From NCBI GenBank assembly GCA_030265395.1, contig JARFYF010000017.1, positions 26,697,593 to 26,761,592 of the forward strand: a DNA stretch of 64,000 nt, in the 5' to 3' direction. A program made the position numbers and the translations under genes. Numbering within the stretch: position 1 is the first letter of the stretch; every line of letters begins with the position of its first letter. Origin of the DNA: Rhina ancylostomus. Its lineage: Eukaryota. Shown in pieces: positions 34,991 through 49,114 of the stretch. The notes beneath the pieces were generated by a model. It was given only the letters and a program-made list of their open reading frames with translations, made no database searches and had not been told where the DNA came from.

Positions 34991-37900
34991 TATGCCTGAA
35001 AGCTAATCATTTCCTTACTGTAAAAAATCTGTACCCAAGAAAACTATTGATGCTGAAACTGTAGAATAGAGAAATAGAGAACCAAATTCACCCAATGGTT
35101 AGCATGTGGATGCACTGTGTATAAATGGTACTGAATCATAGAATCCCCAAATTCAATCTTCTCTTGTACTATGTTAACCCATCTCCATCACTGATGATTG
35201 TCATCCTCTTCAGCAGGACAAAAATCAGCCAGCTTCCAAATGCTAGCAGAAAGGCGGTGACCCTGCTGCAGAGTGCATTAATGTGTTTATTGGATGATGG
35301 CTGGGTCAACAGTAGTGATGACACCTCCAATAATTGAATACCTGTCAACATTCATTATCTGGGCTCATGCTTAAAGAATGCCTGGAGGGGCAAAGCTATA
35401 TCTCAGTTTGAACTAATAGAAAAGGAGAGGAACAGGCACAGAGAAGAGTCTTTCAGGGTGTTGTTAGAGTAAAAGTGTATTAAAAATAGCTTCAAGGTGG
35501 GGCAATATGGTGGTGAGCCCCACTATTAATGATCGAAAGAAAGTAACATAAATCCAAATTGAAATTGGTCTGAATTATTCCAAACTCCCATCACACTTAT
35601 GATTTCAATACAGTTTGTCATCCTTACTAATTTGAGATTACCCACATTTGGCTGCTTTTAGCATTTATAAAGGCTTTGCACCCTCAATCCCTGTCTATAT
35701 TAATCTTAGCTTAAAAAATGGGAATGCTTAAAAATAGTGGAATGAAGGTGTAACTCTACATTCAGCGCTGAATCTACATATCAAACTGGATTCATGAAAC
35801 AAAGGTTAAAAACATCTCATTTTCTCATTAAGCCCTTCTTTCACTTGAGAAAGTCATACAACATTTCAAAGCTGCTTAGTCAAATCAAACCATTGTATTC
35901 TACTTCACTTGGAGTTCAATCAAAGGGGAATATTTCAAAGGAATGTTAACGCTTATAGATCTATTCTATTGGCCAGAAATGAGGCATGCTCCCATAGGTT
36001 GGATAGAACTGGAACTTCCTGACCACTAGCCACTAGGGGACAATGGGTTTTGTGGGCAATGATGTGAGGTTGGGGTTAGATGCTTTAGATTTTGCAAATT
36101 CCTCTGCCATTGCAATGGGAACCTTGCACTCTGAGGATTGAGCATCAGTATAATTTGATTTGGCAGGTATGTAGAAACTCCTTCAAATGATAAAAACTAC
36201 CCAGTCTTCAGGAAGAAAAGAAAAATTGTTGCTAAGAATCTGGGCAGAAGTAATGCCTAGTGAGCAAACTGGAATTTTATTACTCGATATTCAGCCATTC
36301 TAGTACTGAAAAGATGATTTTTGCAGTATCATTGGTTTCTTGGGAAGCATTAAATGATTATTACAGATACATTGTATTAGTGTATTTTATATTGCCACTA
36401 ACAAAATACAAGAATTGAATGTTTAAAAATATGCTTTCATTAACAGTTAGCAACAAAAAATAGACCAGTTCTTTTTTTTTTGCTGTAAAGACACTCATAT
36501 TTCCTGTTTTCTTTCCTGAATTTTGATTCAACATGGCAGAAATACTTAGGAAGAATTGCTTTATTGTACGCTGTGTGCTTTTTGGTCACTCAGCAGGCCA
36601 GCTTCAACATCACTATCTTGCACACATCATTGATGCCATTTAGTCAGCACTGACTGAACAGCAGTTTGTTTACTTGCTGGAGTGTAGTAAATATTAGACT
36701 AAAATAAAGAGCATGTCCGCATCTCTGTTAGCTGTCTTTGTACCTCCTCAGCAGCTAAATGATAGCTCACGTAAGGAGCAAAGGGTACCTCCTTTGCCAA
36801 GTAAATTTAGCCTTGGGAAGGATGAACATCATATAACTCTTGAGCTGTGTTTGTTGATGCCAGTCAATAAATCAGTCAGATTTTAATTATCAGATGCTTG
36901 ACAGGGGGATGTGACAGGCTGCAGTCCACTAGAGAGCATTCCTTCAGAGGTTCTGTAGAATGGTGGAACAGTGTATTGAAGAAAACCAGGGACTCAAAAC
37001 AAGTCCACAAGCATTGAACTGCTTTTAAACTTCAAGCTTTTTTTTAGCATGGGATTTTAAACAGTCAGAGAAACATTCTGATCTGCTTCTGAAACAAATA
37101 GCTTCAAAGCAGGCATGGTTCAAAGCTCGACAGGAACAGACAGAAATGAAAGATGAATTGCAAATATCACACAAAGGGTCTCTTCTTTATTCACTGTGTA
37201 AACATTCAGAAATGATGCAAATGAACAATCAGTTTCTCCAAATGCAAAGGGACACATGAGAAAGAGCTAATTTTACACCATTGACTCTTTAACCTTTTTG
37301 GATCAGTGGAATTAGCAGCTGATTAATCAGCCTTGATTAGCATTTATTCCAATCTGCAATGTGGGTGCATTGTGTTTTTCCAGAGTTTAGCAGTTTATAA
37401 TACATTAAACTGCCAGTCCGTCAAGATGACAGGGTCGTAGCTTTTCTTTATGGACTTTGAAATTAATAACACAGTTACGTTCCAACATGCCCTCGCCACC
37501 ACTGTGGAAGCTGCCTGTTTAATTGTAGAGGTGGCCTTTCATGGCCAAATGTTCTCGGTGTTTAGTAGGTTTGGAAATATGGCTGTTAGAAGAGAAACTG
37601 ACAGATGGCTGACAAGGCATTTTCGGTCATAACACAACAGTAAAACTTTAGCTCTGAAGATTTAGCACTTTTGCATTCTACTAAAGGAACTGCAGTCATG
37701 TGCCAATTTTATTTTTTAACTTCTATACTGACGGTTTTGCAAGCTAATCATAAACAGGTCTTATTGATTATGATTTTAAAAATTGAATGTGCCAGTCTCA
37801 TTAGGTGAAGGCATTTTTAACAAAGAGAAACAATGCTGCACAGATAAACAAGCTGCTTGAGCGGCATGCACATAGATACACGTCCATCAAGATTTAATGT

Positions 37901-39149
37901 GTTATCATGCACACACCATTACTGCAAGATTTTCCAGTGTTTTGCCAAGTGTTCCTAAATAACAGTTTCATCATGAATCTGACAGCAGCCATAAAAAACT
38001 CAAAGCATTCCATATCAATAGTCCTATTTGTCTGAAGTTATTAAAACATTAAATTTTTATTCTTCATTTGTATTCTGTTATGCAAAATAAGCTCTTTGAT
38101 AAGATGTGTCTCCTTAATTGGGCCCTTGATGCTTCTTGGATCAGAGTTGTCAGATTAGCTGGAAAAGCAGCTTCACTATTGAGCCAGCACAATACCAAGA
38201 GACCAATAGCTTTGTAACAACGATATTAACTTAGTGGGGCCAAATGGAGGGCAGGATGAGGCTCAGGTNNNNNNNNNNNNNNNNNNNNNNNNNNNNNNNN
38301 NNNNNNNNNNNNNNNNNNNNNNNNNNNNNNNNNNNNNNNNNNNNNNNNNNNNNNNNNNNNNNNNNNNNNNNNNNNNNNNNNNNNNNNNNNNNNNNNNNNN
38401 NNNNNNNNNNNNNNNNNNNNNNNNNNNNNNNNNNNNNNNNNNNNNNNNNNNNNNNNNNNNNNNNNNNNNNNNNNNNNNNNNNNNNNNNNNNNNNNNNNNN
38501 NNNNNNNNNNNNNNNNNNNNNNNNNNNNNNNNNNNNNNNNNNNNNNNNNNNNNNNNNNNNNNNNNNNNNNNNNNNNNNNNNNNNNNNNNNNNNNNNNNNN
38601 NNNNNNNNNNNNNNNNNNNNNNNNNNNNNAGCCACTAATTACAGCTGAACCAACTGTTCTCGACAGAAAATAGTGGCAGACAATATTGTGTAGCAAAAGG
38701 GTTATTTAAACTATTCTTTTCTGTGTCTGTGTGTGTTTCTGTATAGTATCTGCAGAGCCCACTTAATAGTACTGTTCTGTAGATTCACTTTCAATGTTGC
38801 CTAAGTAATTATTTCATTTTAAGATAGGATAAATATAAGTGAGAACCATTTGAAGTGCTAGAAATATATGTATGTCTAGTGCCCCTTATCCTAATATATT
38901 ACAATCATGTTTTATGCTTACAAGGTTATTTAACCAGGGCAGCTTAGTGACATTGAAGATTTTATTCACTGTGACAGTAAGAAGGAAGCAAAAGAAGGGA
39001 AAGGTTTTGTTAAATAACCTCGGGGCTCAGTGTATCAAGGGTTCTCCTTCCTCTTCTCCATTTCTTTGTCTGTGATATCTGTAGATTCTGCCACAGGTGT
39101 TAAACCAGTACGTGTATCGTTTGAGCTCCCTTCCCAATGTATGCAAATG

Positions 39150-39610
39150 ATATCTGCTTCCTCCTGTCACAGATGCTTGAGGTTCTCAGTACTTTTTTTG
39201 GATACTCTGTCTCAGTTTTGATTGGTCACAGACCAGGGATTCCCAAGAGTTGGTGAGGCTGCTACATTTTTTGCAAGAGGTTTTAAGCATATTCTTGAAG
39301 TGTTTTCTCTGTCATGGAAACCTCTTGTTCTGACACATCTCAGAGCACGGTGCTTGTTTCAGGAATTGGGTACCAGACATGTAGATGATATAGCTTACCC
39401 ATTGCAGATGGTCGAGTACATTCAAAGCCTCAATGCGGGGATGTTGGCCTTGGGGAGGACACTTACGTTGCCTTTGGTGAGAGTCTTGGTAGTATTTCTT
39501 CAGTTCCTTCTGGTGCTTCCTGCTTCCTGTTGACTCTCTCTATCTTTGAAGCATCAGGAGGGCTGATTATGATCTAGGTGCCAGATCTGAGGTCTTGGTC
39601 TGAAAACTCC
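39150..39610 (-). mobile_element. RTE-clade LINE ORF C-terminal fragment
   Basis: Minus strand NVSVLPKANIP.IEAL...LQWVSYIIYM..TQFLKQA..SEM..NKR...QRKHFKNMLK....KC....WESLVCDQSKLRQSI matches the RTE/BovB C-terminus. Confidence 0.8.
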
Positions 39611-42564
39611 GATTTCCTCAATAACTGGGTTCCTGCTAATTATTTACAGTTTCTGCACTGTGATGTTTATTATCAATGAAGAGAGCCATGGATATATCAA
39701 AGAACAAATGAACAACAGTGCTGAATCTTTATAATACTACAACAGAGCCTCAGAGGGCAATATTTCATGAAGGTGTGTTATTTGATAACATGGTAACATC
39801 AATGGGAGAGATGTGCAGCTTAGAATAAATTACTCTGATTTGTGGGTTACAGTGACTCTCCTTCTCAGCTTTCTAACAGGGGAACCCCTCGAATGTTAAA
39901 GCCACTGCATCTTAGAACAAAACACTCTGGAAATGAAAGTGCTATCTGCTATGCACCATGGAACTGTATCTTGTCTGCTTTCTATTAAATCCAATATTAG
40001 AAGCATTTGTCGGAACATTTGTTGAACTTTTAGGAGCCCAGAGTCTTAAGGCTATACCAATTCACAATATTTGGTATTAATCTATTTTTGTTCTTCTGGC
40101 AAGAGGTTTGAAATGGTGAGGCTGAGGAAGAAGGATGACAAGAATCAAAGGACAGAAACAAGCAAACTAAAATAACAATAACCAAGACTATAGCAGCAGT
40201 TACTAAATATTTGTGGCATTAAAAATGTTGACCTTTGACTGAAAAATACCATCGGGGTACATTTATTTCTGGTTACCTAGCACAAAGAAAGTGGAACAAG
40301 GGACTCTATTGATGTACTTTTAGGCCTGCGTGTTGTTGCTGTAGAGTGAATATAGTTTCAGTTTTGTTGGCAGGTAATATTTAGCCTCTGTTCCAAATGG
40401 AGTTCGGGATATACTTCAGAATTCACAGGCTGTGCGTAACGGCCTTGGGACTGCAGCTCCTGCATTTACTTTAGGCTACCTAAACTTTAGTTGTTGCAGG
40501 TTTTAGTGACAATACTTATGGACATCTGTGGTTTCTGACCTCGTAGCACTGTAATTTTGTAGTTGATTGCTTTTATTACTGTGAAAATTAAAATAAATAA
40601 TTACATATTAAAATGTATGGCCATTTTCATTGTTAGTGAATTAGGCTATTTTGAATTTGTAATTAAAACAAGGTTGCTCACTACGTTGAACATAAAATGT
40701 AGTTGACAAATTCATTAAAAATGAGCAATAATGACATTTTACTGCAATATTTTGAGTTCTCTGTACTTACGAAGCCAAAACAATTTCACTCTACTATATT
40801 ATTTCCCTTATTGTAACCTGTTGGAATTTGGTAGACTAGCCTGGGGGCTTTACTTATCAAATAAATAGAACCAGGAGAAATGGGGTGCATTATGGAATTT
40901 ATAATAACTGAACATTATACGATCTCAAGTGCCATCAAAAGGTCATTCAAGGGACAGTACCGCTGTTTCCCTCTGAATTAGCATAAAAACATGGACACGA
41001 TTCTGCAAATGACTTACACGGGTACCACAGTCCATTCGGATAATATCCCCATTGTCAGCCTACATACCTGGATCTCATTCAAAGAAACAGTGTTAAAAGG
41101 AGACAACTAATATAACTGGCATGCAGGCTACTTTCCTGCCAAAATATGTCAGTATGTGTCGGGCTCATCATCATAATGATTCTGCGGGTAGGGTAAAATG
41201 AGACAATTATGCTAACTTCAGGTGAAAATTTAAACTACATCCAGCAGTCTAGATGGTGAGAATGAAAATAATGCAATTTAAATATTCAAGTCTTTTTGAC
41301 TGTTTTAGAGCTTTATGGGATAACACCAGGTATATTTTTCTGCATAAAATCTTCAAATTTTAAGCTGATTTGCAGATATTTTTAATGAAAGTATTAATGG
41401 CGTTTGGTCAAATGAGGGTCAAAATAGACTTCATCTTTCAAAAATATTTGTTTATCAGAAATGTATACATGTAATAACATGTATGAAGGTAATATCACTG
41501 TATGCAATGTTACATCTGGAGTAGAAGTTGCAACCATTGCAGTCAAATTGTAAGTGTGAGAAAAATTCTCAAGATATAAACCTAATTCAAAGTAAGAAAT
41601 TAAATAGTTATTTCTACATTCCATTTTCTATAAAGCAACCTCTTTAAAACTATTTGCAGAATTATAGGTAACACATTATTAATCTAGATGATGGCCACTG
41701 TCTATGGTGATTGTGGTCACTTTGGTGATGGTTTGATGGTTTGCATGTTTTGAGTTTGATTTGTTCTGCTATTCCACAATCAACTTGAAGCACTAAATCT
41801 TTGGATTCAATAGCCTGAAGCAGTTCACACTGCAGCTCAGTAGAAACTGAGCCAGAAGATGGGAAAAAGAGTGTTGAAAGCAGTGTTCCCCACGACAATA
41901 CTTCTTTCCTCCCTTCTGGGAAAGAATATCATGGATGGAAATAACTAAAGAGGATTTACATTGCATCTCAGCTGAATGAGAACAAAATAAACTCTGCAGC
42001 CTGGAAATTTGTTCAGGCCATGCCTGGTCTCTTGAGACTTGTGTGGAGCAGGTAGGCAGCTGACACTCAGGAGAGCAGGAAGGTTGCTGCTCATGTTGCC
42101 GACAGTCAAAATGTGATATCCTTTACTCCAAACTGAAACAGGAATTTGGTGCTTTCCTGAAGCAAACAAGAGTCCATCACCTGCTTAAAAACTCTCCCGT
42201 ACTGACTTGTTTGCCCTGAGGCAATTGGTCCTACCTGCTCCCTCAGTCACCATCTATTAACCCAATTCTTACTTCTACCACACCACCCAACCATAACCTC
42301 TAACCACTCATTATTTTGTCAACTCTACCCATTTCCTAAATATCACTATTACCTGCCAGATGATCCTTATCACCAGATGATGCTCTGTATTTGATAATGG
42401 AAATATCCCAATCACTCACTCCAGTAGATTCCAAATGATAATTTGTGACCGATACAGTCAGTTCTGTAATTAAGTCTGAAAGAAATACAGAATCGGGTTG
42501 ATGAGCCATGAGTGTGTGGTGAGAAAGATGGAATGGTGCAGTGAATATCATAGGCAATTTTTAC

Positions 42565-42950
42565 CAATTTACAAACAGGCAGACATATGAATTAGGTGCA
42601 GAGGTTGACAGCTTGACCTCCCAGGCTTGCCCAACCATTTAGTAAGATCAAGGCTGATCTGATTGTAACTCAACTCTGCATTCCTGTCTACTGGCGCTAA
42701 TCTTTCAGCCTTTTTGCATATTAAGTTTCCATCTACCTTTGCCTTAAAAATATTCAAAGACTGTGCTTTGGCTGCACTTTGATGAAGAGTGCTCATCAAA
42801 GAAAATCTTTGCTTCACCTCTATCTTAAAAGAGTGATCACCTATTTTTTAACACCGACCCCCAGGGCTATCAAGTACCCCATAGCATCTTATATGTTTCA
42901 ATTATTTGCAAAATGCAATCAAATAAAACCATCTCTGATCTTCTATTTAA
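42565..42950 (-). mobile_element. CR1 LINE 3' fragment
   Basis: CCATTTAGTAAGATCAAGGCTGATCTGATTGTAACTCAACTC 3' UTR motif and ATCTACCTTTGCCTTAAAAATATTCAAAGAC (SLNIFKAKVD). Confidence 0.8.
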
Positions 42951-43332
42951 AGTAATGTTAATCCTGTTACTTATCTGGATGATAAGATTAAGGATGATGA
43001 AATCAGGATGGACATTAGAATAACCATTTAAATTATTAATAAAACAATGATAACTCCAAAAAGCTAACACACATTCTGAGTCCAAAGCCTTCAGGTATCT
43101 TTTGTAAGCACATTCAGCAATTAGTTGATGTTACTGTACAGGTATTCTCCATCAGATCCTTTTCATTTTTAATAGGAGTATTAGCCATTTTTTCTTAAAC
43201 AGTATATCAATTACTTTTCAATAATCAATATGTATAAATAGCAATGTATGGAGTGCAGGCCATCAGCTCAATGAGATTGTCTGAGGCCACATTACTCAAC
43301 AAGCAAATACTCAGGCCCAAACTACATTCACT

Positions 43333-43675
43333 CTTATTCATTCATAGGGTGTAATTGTTGCTCGCAAAGTTGTCTCCTGTTGGGCCATTTCAGAAAATGG
43401 TTAAGAATCAACCACTTTGTATGAGTCTGGAGTTACTTGCAGGCCACACCAGATAAGGACAAGTTTCAGATATGATTTCATTCCCTAAATCAGATATTTA
43501 GTTTCATAGTCACCATTACTGATACTAATTTTTTTATTTTAGAATTTATTTAATTAACTGAATTTAAATTCCCCAGATGCTGCAGTGGAATTTGAATGAA
43601 TGTTATTTGAACTCACAAACTCATTTATCCAGTTCTCTGGATTGCTGGTCCAGCAACATTGTAATTATGCTACTG
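43333..43675 (-). mobile_element. SINE with CR1-group LINE tail
   Basis: TTATTCATTCAT tail, GGCCATTTCAGA..GTTAAGAATCAACCAC, ATTTATTTAATTAACTGAATTTAAATTCCCCAG, CTCTGGATTGCTGGTCCAG head; inverse of 44482-44825. Confidence 0.75.
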
Positions 43676-43989
43676 AATGTATAAACCATGTAAATTCAGG
43701 AGATCCTAGAGTTAATCCTTAATTTAACTGAATCAACTTTGTTCAGTCAAGCTGGGAGTTAGATGCTGTGATTGAAAACACTGTCCCTGATTTAGAAAGG
43801 GTAATTCCTTGCCAGAGTTCCATTACATGACTCCTATCCAGTAATCACTGCTGGAGATTTACTCTATTTATTGTCTGTCCAATGCTCACAACATGAATTT
43901 GTCCTCCTGTGTCGTAAAGAGTAAGAATGACACTTGAAATCATAAAAGGTGTAGGGAGAAACTCAGTAACTTCAGATGATGTGGATAAG

Positions 43990-44478
43990 TTCAGGTAACA
44001 ATAATCAGGAATAGATCTAACAGTCTCTTGGACAAGTGTGGATTGATCAGAGCAAGCCAGCATGGATTTGTTAAAGGCAAATTGTGTCTAAGTAACTTGA
44101 TATTGTTTTTTGATGAAAGTAACAAGGAGGGTCAATAAGGGTAAAGGTGTGGACAGAGTAATTGGAGGGAAACTCATCCCATTGGCAAAAGGGTCAAGAA
44201 CCAAGGGACATGGAATGAAGGCGACTGCCATGAGAACCAAAAGTAACATGTGATAAAAAAAGTTACGCAGGAGATGTTTAGAGTCTGCACTGTTGTGCCA
44301 GGCTTAACAGAGGAGGTAGATTGAATTGCATTATTCAAAAGGGAATGAGATAAATATCTGAAAAGAAAGAATTTGCAAAACCATGAGAGGGCATGGCAGT
44401 AGGATTAGCTGGATTACTTTTGCATAGACTCAATTGGCCAAAAGTCTTCCTTGCTATAACCATTCTGTGATTCTGAGA
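43990..44478 (+). mobile_element. CR1 LINE fragment with large internal deletion
   Basis: SQHGFVKGKLCLSNLI.FFDE joined directly to KGVDRV..GKLIPLAKGSRTKGH and the 3' UTR ending CCATTCTGTGATTCTGAGA. Confidence 0.8.
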
Positions 44479-44481
44479 AAC

Positions 44482-44825
44482 TGTTGCTGGATTGGTAATC
44501 CAGAAACACAAGTTCAAACGTCACCACGGCAGTGAGGGAGTTTAAAATTAATTAATTAAATAATTTCTGCATGAAAATCCAACATCAGTGGTTTTGACTG
44601 TGAAACTACTGGAGTGCCATTAAAAACACATCTGCTTCATAATGTCCTTTGGGAAAGGAAATCTTGTGTGCTGATCTGGTCTTGCCTGATTCTGACTCAC
44701 AGCAGTGTTGACTCTTAACTGTCCTTTGAAATGGCCAGCAGGCCACTCGGTTCAAGAGGAATCAGGGGAGGCAATTAATACCTACCTTTCCTTTGGCACC
44801 CACATCCTGTGATTGAATGAAAAAA
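44482..44825 (+). mobile_element. SINE with CR1-group LINE tail, near full length
   Basis: GGATTGGTAATCCAGA..AGTTCAAACGTCACCACGGCAG head, TAATGTCCTTTGGGAAAGGAAATCT core, tail GGCACCCACATCCTGTGATTGAATGAAAAAA. Confidence 0.8.
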
Positions 44826-46195
44826 CATATCATACTCTCCCTGCGAAAGGCTGCTTGAACAGTGGGAACAAGAAAGCAAAGAAACAAGAAACAATTAAAA
44901 AAACAAAAATATTTTCCATACAGTCAGATAATGACTCACTGTTAATCAAAGGAAATATAGGCTTTGTAGTTGATAATATTTATTTACTTTGTAGTGAAAG
45001 CACAATAGGAGAGTAGTATTGATAGCAATAATGACACTGCACATTGGAGCAGTTGTATATGGATGTGTGGAACAATAAAATCTCAGTTTGGCTGGGGACC
45101 CCCTGACCTTTGTTGCATATAAATGTGGAAAATTGCAAAATGAATTCATTGTTGTTTCACAGCCTGCTATTGTCTACTTCCTGTTGTTGGAAGGTGAAGC
45201 ATTGATGGTAACGTGGCAGCTGGTCATTGAACCTTGCCCATGAGCTTCAGAATAATACAATGGAAACAGATTTGGGGGAGAAAACATCAGGGGGAGGTGG
45301 GAGTGCCTGCAAATCTGGATATAGAGTTTCAAGAAAACCATCTTGGCAGGAAGAGTCAGGACTGTTTATATATGTTTTTGATGTCACAGAAATATGTAAA
45401 TGATGCAAAAAATGTCAGTGCATCCACTACATGCAAATGTATTGACTGAGAGTTTAGGTTAGAAAAGAAGATTGTGCAAAGTTGACAGTCAAAGTGTTCT
45501 GAGACCTTTGACAAATAAAGTAAAAGTGTGAGCACTATATCCATGAATTTAAAAGATGCAGCAAAAACCTGGAATTGAATTTACTTGCTTATGAGTTTTG
45601 TCATTTCATTATAATCTAGCTCCAAATATGGAGAATGTGGATGCCAAACAAGTTTTGTAAATGACTCCCTGGATATTCCAGTTTTATAAGGTCATGCATT
45701 CAAAAATTGTGTAGTATAAAATCAGAAAGCTGTGTGCAAATTAGCTTCAGCCATAGATATTCATGGCGTGGTCATGGTTTAATGTGATAGAATTCAGTCA
45801 GCCTTTTAATAACATAAATAATGATCTTGATTGAATAAAACATTCTCTCTTCTAAATGTAGGTCATTATCACATGTAATCTCTTGAAGCATTTTTTGCAG
45901 AGGAAAAATAATGCATATCATTATTCCCATTGCATTTAAATTACTGGTGATTGGTGCCATTCAGTAACTTGACACTAGGAGGTTAGTGAAACAATCCCCT
46001 CATGTGAATGCAATAGTCACTTGAGATATGGGTGAAGAATTAGCAAAACCACCTTTGGATGAACTAGGGATGTGCTCTGAATTGAATCTAATTAGGTTTA
46101 AATAGAAACTTATTGTGTTTTGGTGAAGCTAGCAAGAGTGTGTGTTTGGGGTGCATTGGGTGGAGGTTGAATGGAGTTGTAGTGTTGGGGTGTGT

Positions 46196-46242
46196 GGGTG
46201 GGTGGTGTTGCGGTGGGTGGTGTTGTGGTGGGTGGTGTTGGG
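46196..46242. repeat. G/T-rich 15-bp minisatellite (about 3 units)
   Basis: GGTGGGTGGTGTTGY repeated three times. Confidence 0.85.
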
Positions 46243-46284
46243 GAGCGGTTAGAGGTTATCAAACTAAGGTGAAATTAAAACTTC

Positions 46285-46660
46285 AAGAATCAGCAAGCAG
46301 CAACTTAAGAACCAGTGTAAACTATTCATCCTCTCAAGCTTGTTCCACCATTTGACCAGATCATGATTGTCCTCTGCTATATCTCTATTAATGCATGTCT
46401 GTTAGTTATCCCTAAAACAAATTCAACAATCGCACTCTGGAATATTTCACTTGACATTTTTTTATGGGTCTCAGATTTCCAGTACTCTCTTTGGGGAGAA
46501 AGCGTGTTCTTGTTTCAATGAATGATCTAAGATTTCAGGGCTGTGCTCCCTCAATCGGAACTCCCCATCAGAAGAAATTTACTCCAACAAAATCTTTATT
46601 ATTTTAAATATCTCAGATAGATCACCCCTCCATTTTCTAATATCTCAAATTGAAGTCATG
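46285..46660 (-). mobile_element. Decayed CR1 LINE 3' fragment
   Basis: TATTCATCCTCTCAAGCTTGTTCCACCATTTGACCAGATCATG 3' UTR motif; AGATCACCCCTCCATTTTCTAA. Confidence 0.6.
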
Positions 46661-49114
46661 TCTACAGATATTTCTGAATCATTTCATTGGAGAGGGGGGA
46701 GGGAAATTGAAAATGGAATCTTGATGGGGATTTATCTGAAAACTTCGATTAAATATTTCCCCAGTAAGTAGATGACTGTGAAATATACATTTTTGATATG
46801 ACTGTGTCTATATGTATATATTAGACCACATCAAATTGATTTGACACACTCAACTTCTGTATTTTTCCCAAAATTAGAAATGCTGATCATAACTATTCTA
46901 ATATCTGCATTATGGGTGCTTAATAATGATAACATTATCAGAATATGTATAAGTTCATTGTTGAACACCAAGTCAAAAATTACAATGGCCATTTTCAAAT
47001 TCCATAATATAAAACATTGTATAATGGTGAAATCTATAGAATACTACCTGTTATTTACTCAAGTGAGTTGACATGTTACCTTAGTTACTGCTAATTTGTC
47101 ATGACCTAAATATCTGCATACAGTGAAATAGTCCCAAAGCACAATACACCATATTACTCCAGTCAGTCTGTGATTGTTTATGGATAATATGGTCAAATAA
47201 TAAAAGGTTTGGTCAGTTATGTCACATAGCTTTATTCCGTGTTATTTTCATACTATAACATAATGTTAGTTGTTCTTGAATGTAATTATTGTTATAATAT
47301 TTCATGAAATGTAGTGACAGGATGAGTGAAGGAACAAAGGTGATATAAAACAGTAGTGGCTGCATCTGCTATAAACCAGACTTAATAGCCTCACTGGATT
47401 TTTCATTTTTGGCATTATATTTGATCTGTGGGAATGCATTGTTTTTAAAATATAAAGCAGTAAACTTAGAATGATATATTTTGGCAGATCCGCTTTGTTA
47501 TAATTCTTTACATGACTATTTAAAAAAATATGCTCTTATTCTTAAAAAGTAGCAATTTCATGACCCAAAGATTTAGCAAACCATATTTAGCATAGTTTTA
47601 AAACCTATTTCTTCAAAGTAACCATTTCTTTTCAAAATTCTCCAAGTATGGTATAGAACCACATTATAGCAGCTGTGCTGGTTTTGACAATCCCTGTCCT
47701 ATCGGGCAGTTCCCAAATTCAGAATCGGGGAGTAGTGAATTATTTATTTGACAGGATCCATTTTGCTTGCTTCAGTTATTTGAATTCCTCTTTCCCTTTT
47801 GTAGTCTTGGGAAAGGCATCAGAGATTCTTCTGCTGCTGGAACCAGTGGAACAAAAAAAATTGGGGAGATTGTAACCTTTAAATGACATGTTTTGTACTC
47901 CACATAAAAACAAATCAGAGTTTAGGATTTATTCACAGTGTTATCAAGTTAAAATCAGCAAATAAGGTATATACATCACAGGCAGATTCATCCTTTGGTT
48001 CTATGTCATTAAGTGGCTTGACCACATAGCTCACAGGTGCAAGTGGATGATGCTATTTGGGGTCACNNNNNNNAAATGCCATAAACCATTGGCCGATTTG
48101 TATTCTGTTTGTAATGCAGCTTTGCACTTTCTCATTTTACAATGTTAGGGTTGATTTGCAATAAATAGCTTCATTTCTGTTGTAGGGATTGTATAATTCA
48201 GTTGTCAAAGAGTTAGCTGTACAAACTAGATAATACATGGATGGGGTTTAGTCATGCAACACTTGCAGGAATCTTGTAAGGACACCAATAAATAAAGGTC
48301 TTGGGTTAAGATGGAAGTCATTGATGCAATCCCTTTGGTCAAGGTAGGCATTGGGAGTTACTTACCATACTTACCAACCAACATGGGTGATCAGCTTCAG
48401 ATGGTAAAAGCAAGCAAGTTCCATGCTGTGCCAGTTGGTGTCCGTTCCATCCTGCGTTTGCAGATCTTGTAAAGGCAGAATCTATGGCAGTCTGCAGAGA
48501 AGTAATTAGAACCAGAGACCATAAAGAGACAATTTGGTCCATCATCTCCATGCAGACATAGTGACTCTAAAGATGCTAGCAGCTTAAAATATTCTCCCTT
48601 TGTTTATTCTACTTTTTTCACATCCCTCCTCTTTAATATCGGCTTCATTCTCCTCTTTCCTGAAAGCAGGGGCAACGTATTCATATGGAACTACACAGAT
48701 GTCTCCTACTTCTTCACCCAAACTATAATTTTTGTCTCTAGAAGCCCTCCTCTTTCCTTTTCATCCATTTTTCCTGGAGGCACTTTTCAAGCATCTTTGC
48801 ATTTTCCTCCATTTCTCCTGTCAATATTTGCTCATGCTTTCTCTTTCTAATTGTCTCCCTCACCCTTCCGGCCCTTTCTATACTCCTCCAGCCTTTTTGC
48901 TGTGGGCTGCTTTCTATTGGTGTCATCAATTTATTTTTCTGCTTTAGCCTATCATTTTATTGATCAAAGACTCAGAGCTGGAAGCTTTTCCTTTTTTTAT
49001 GGGAATATGTTTGGTCTGAAATCTCTCTTTCTCCACCTTGAACACCTCCCACGGCTCTGCCACTGACTTGCCTCCAGGTGGCTGTTTCCAAACTGCTTAT
49101 CCTCATTAAATTCT

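Noticed and set aside
38226-38696. Long ORFs (134-156 aa)
   Set aside because: Artefacts of a ~360-bp N gap; the same applies to other X-filled ORFs
41010-41200. Minus-strand exon candidate (CCCGCAG acceptor, GTAAGT/GTATGT donors)
   Set aside because: The frames I translated hit stops and gave no recognisable protein
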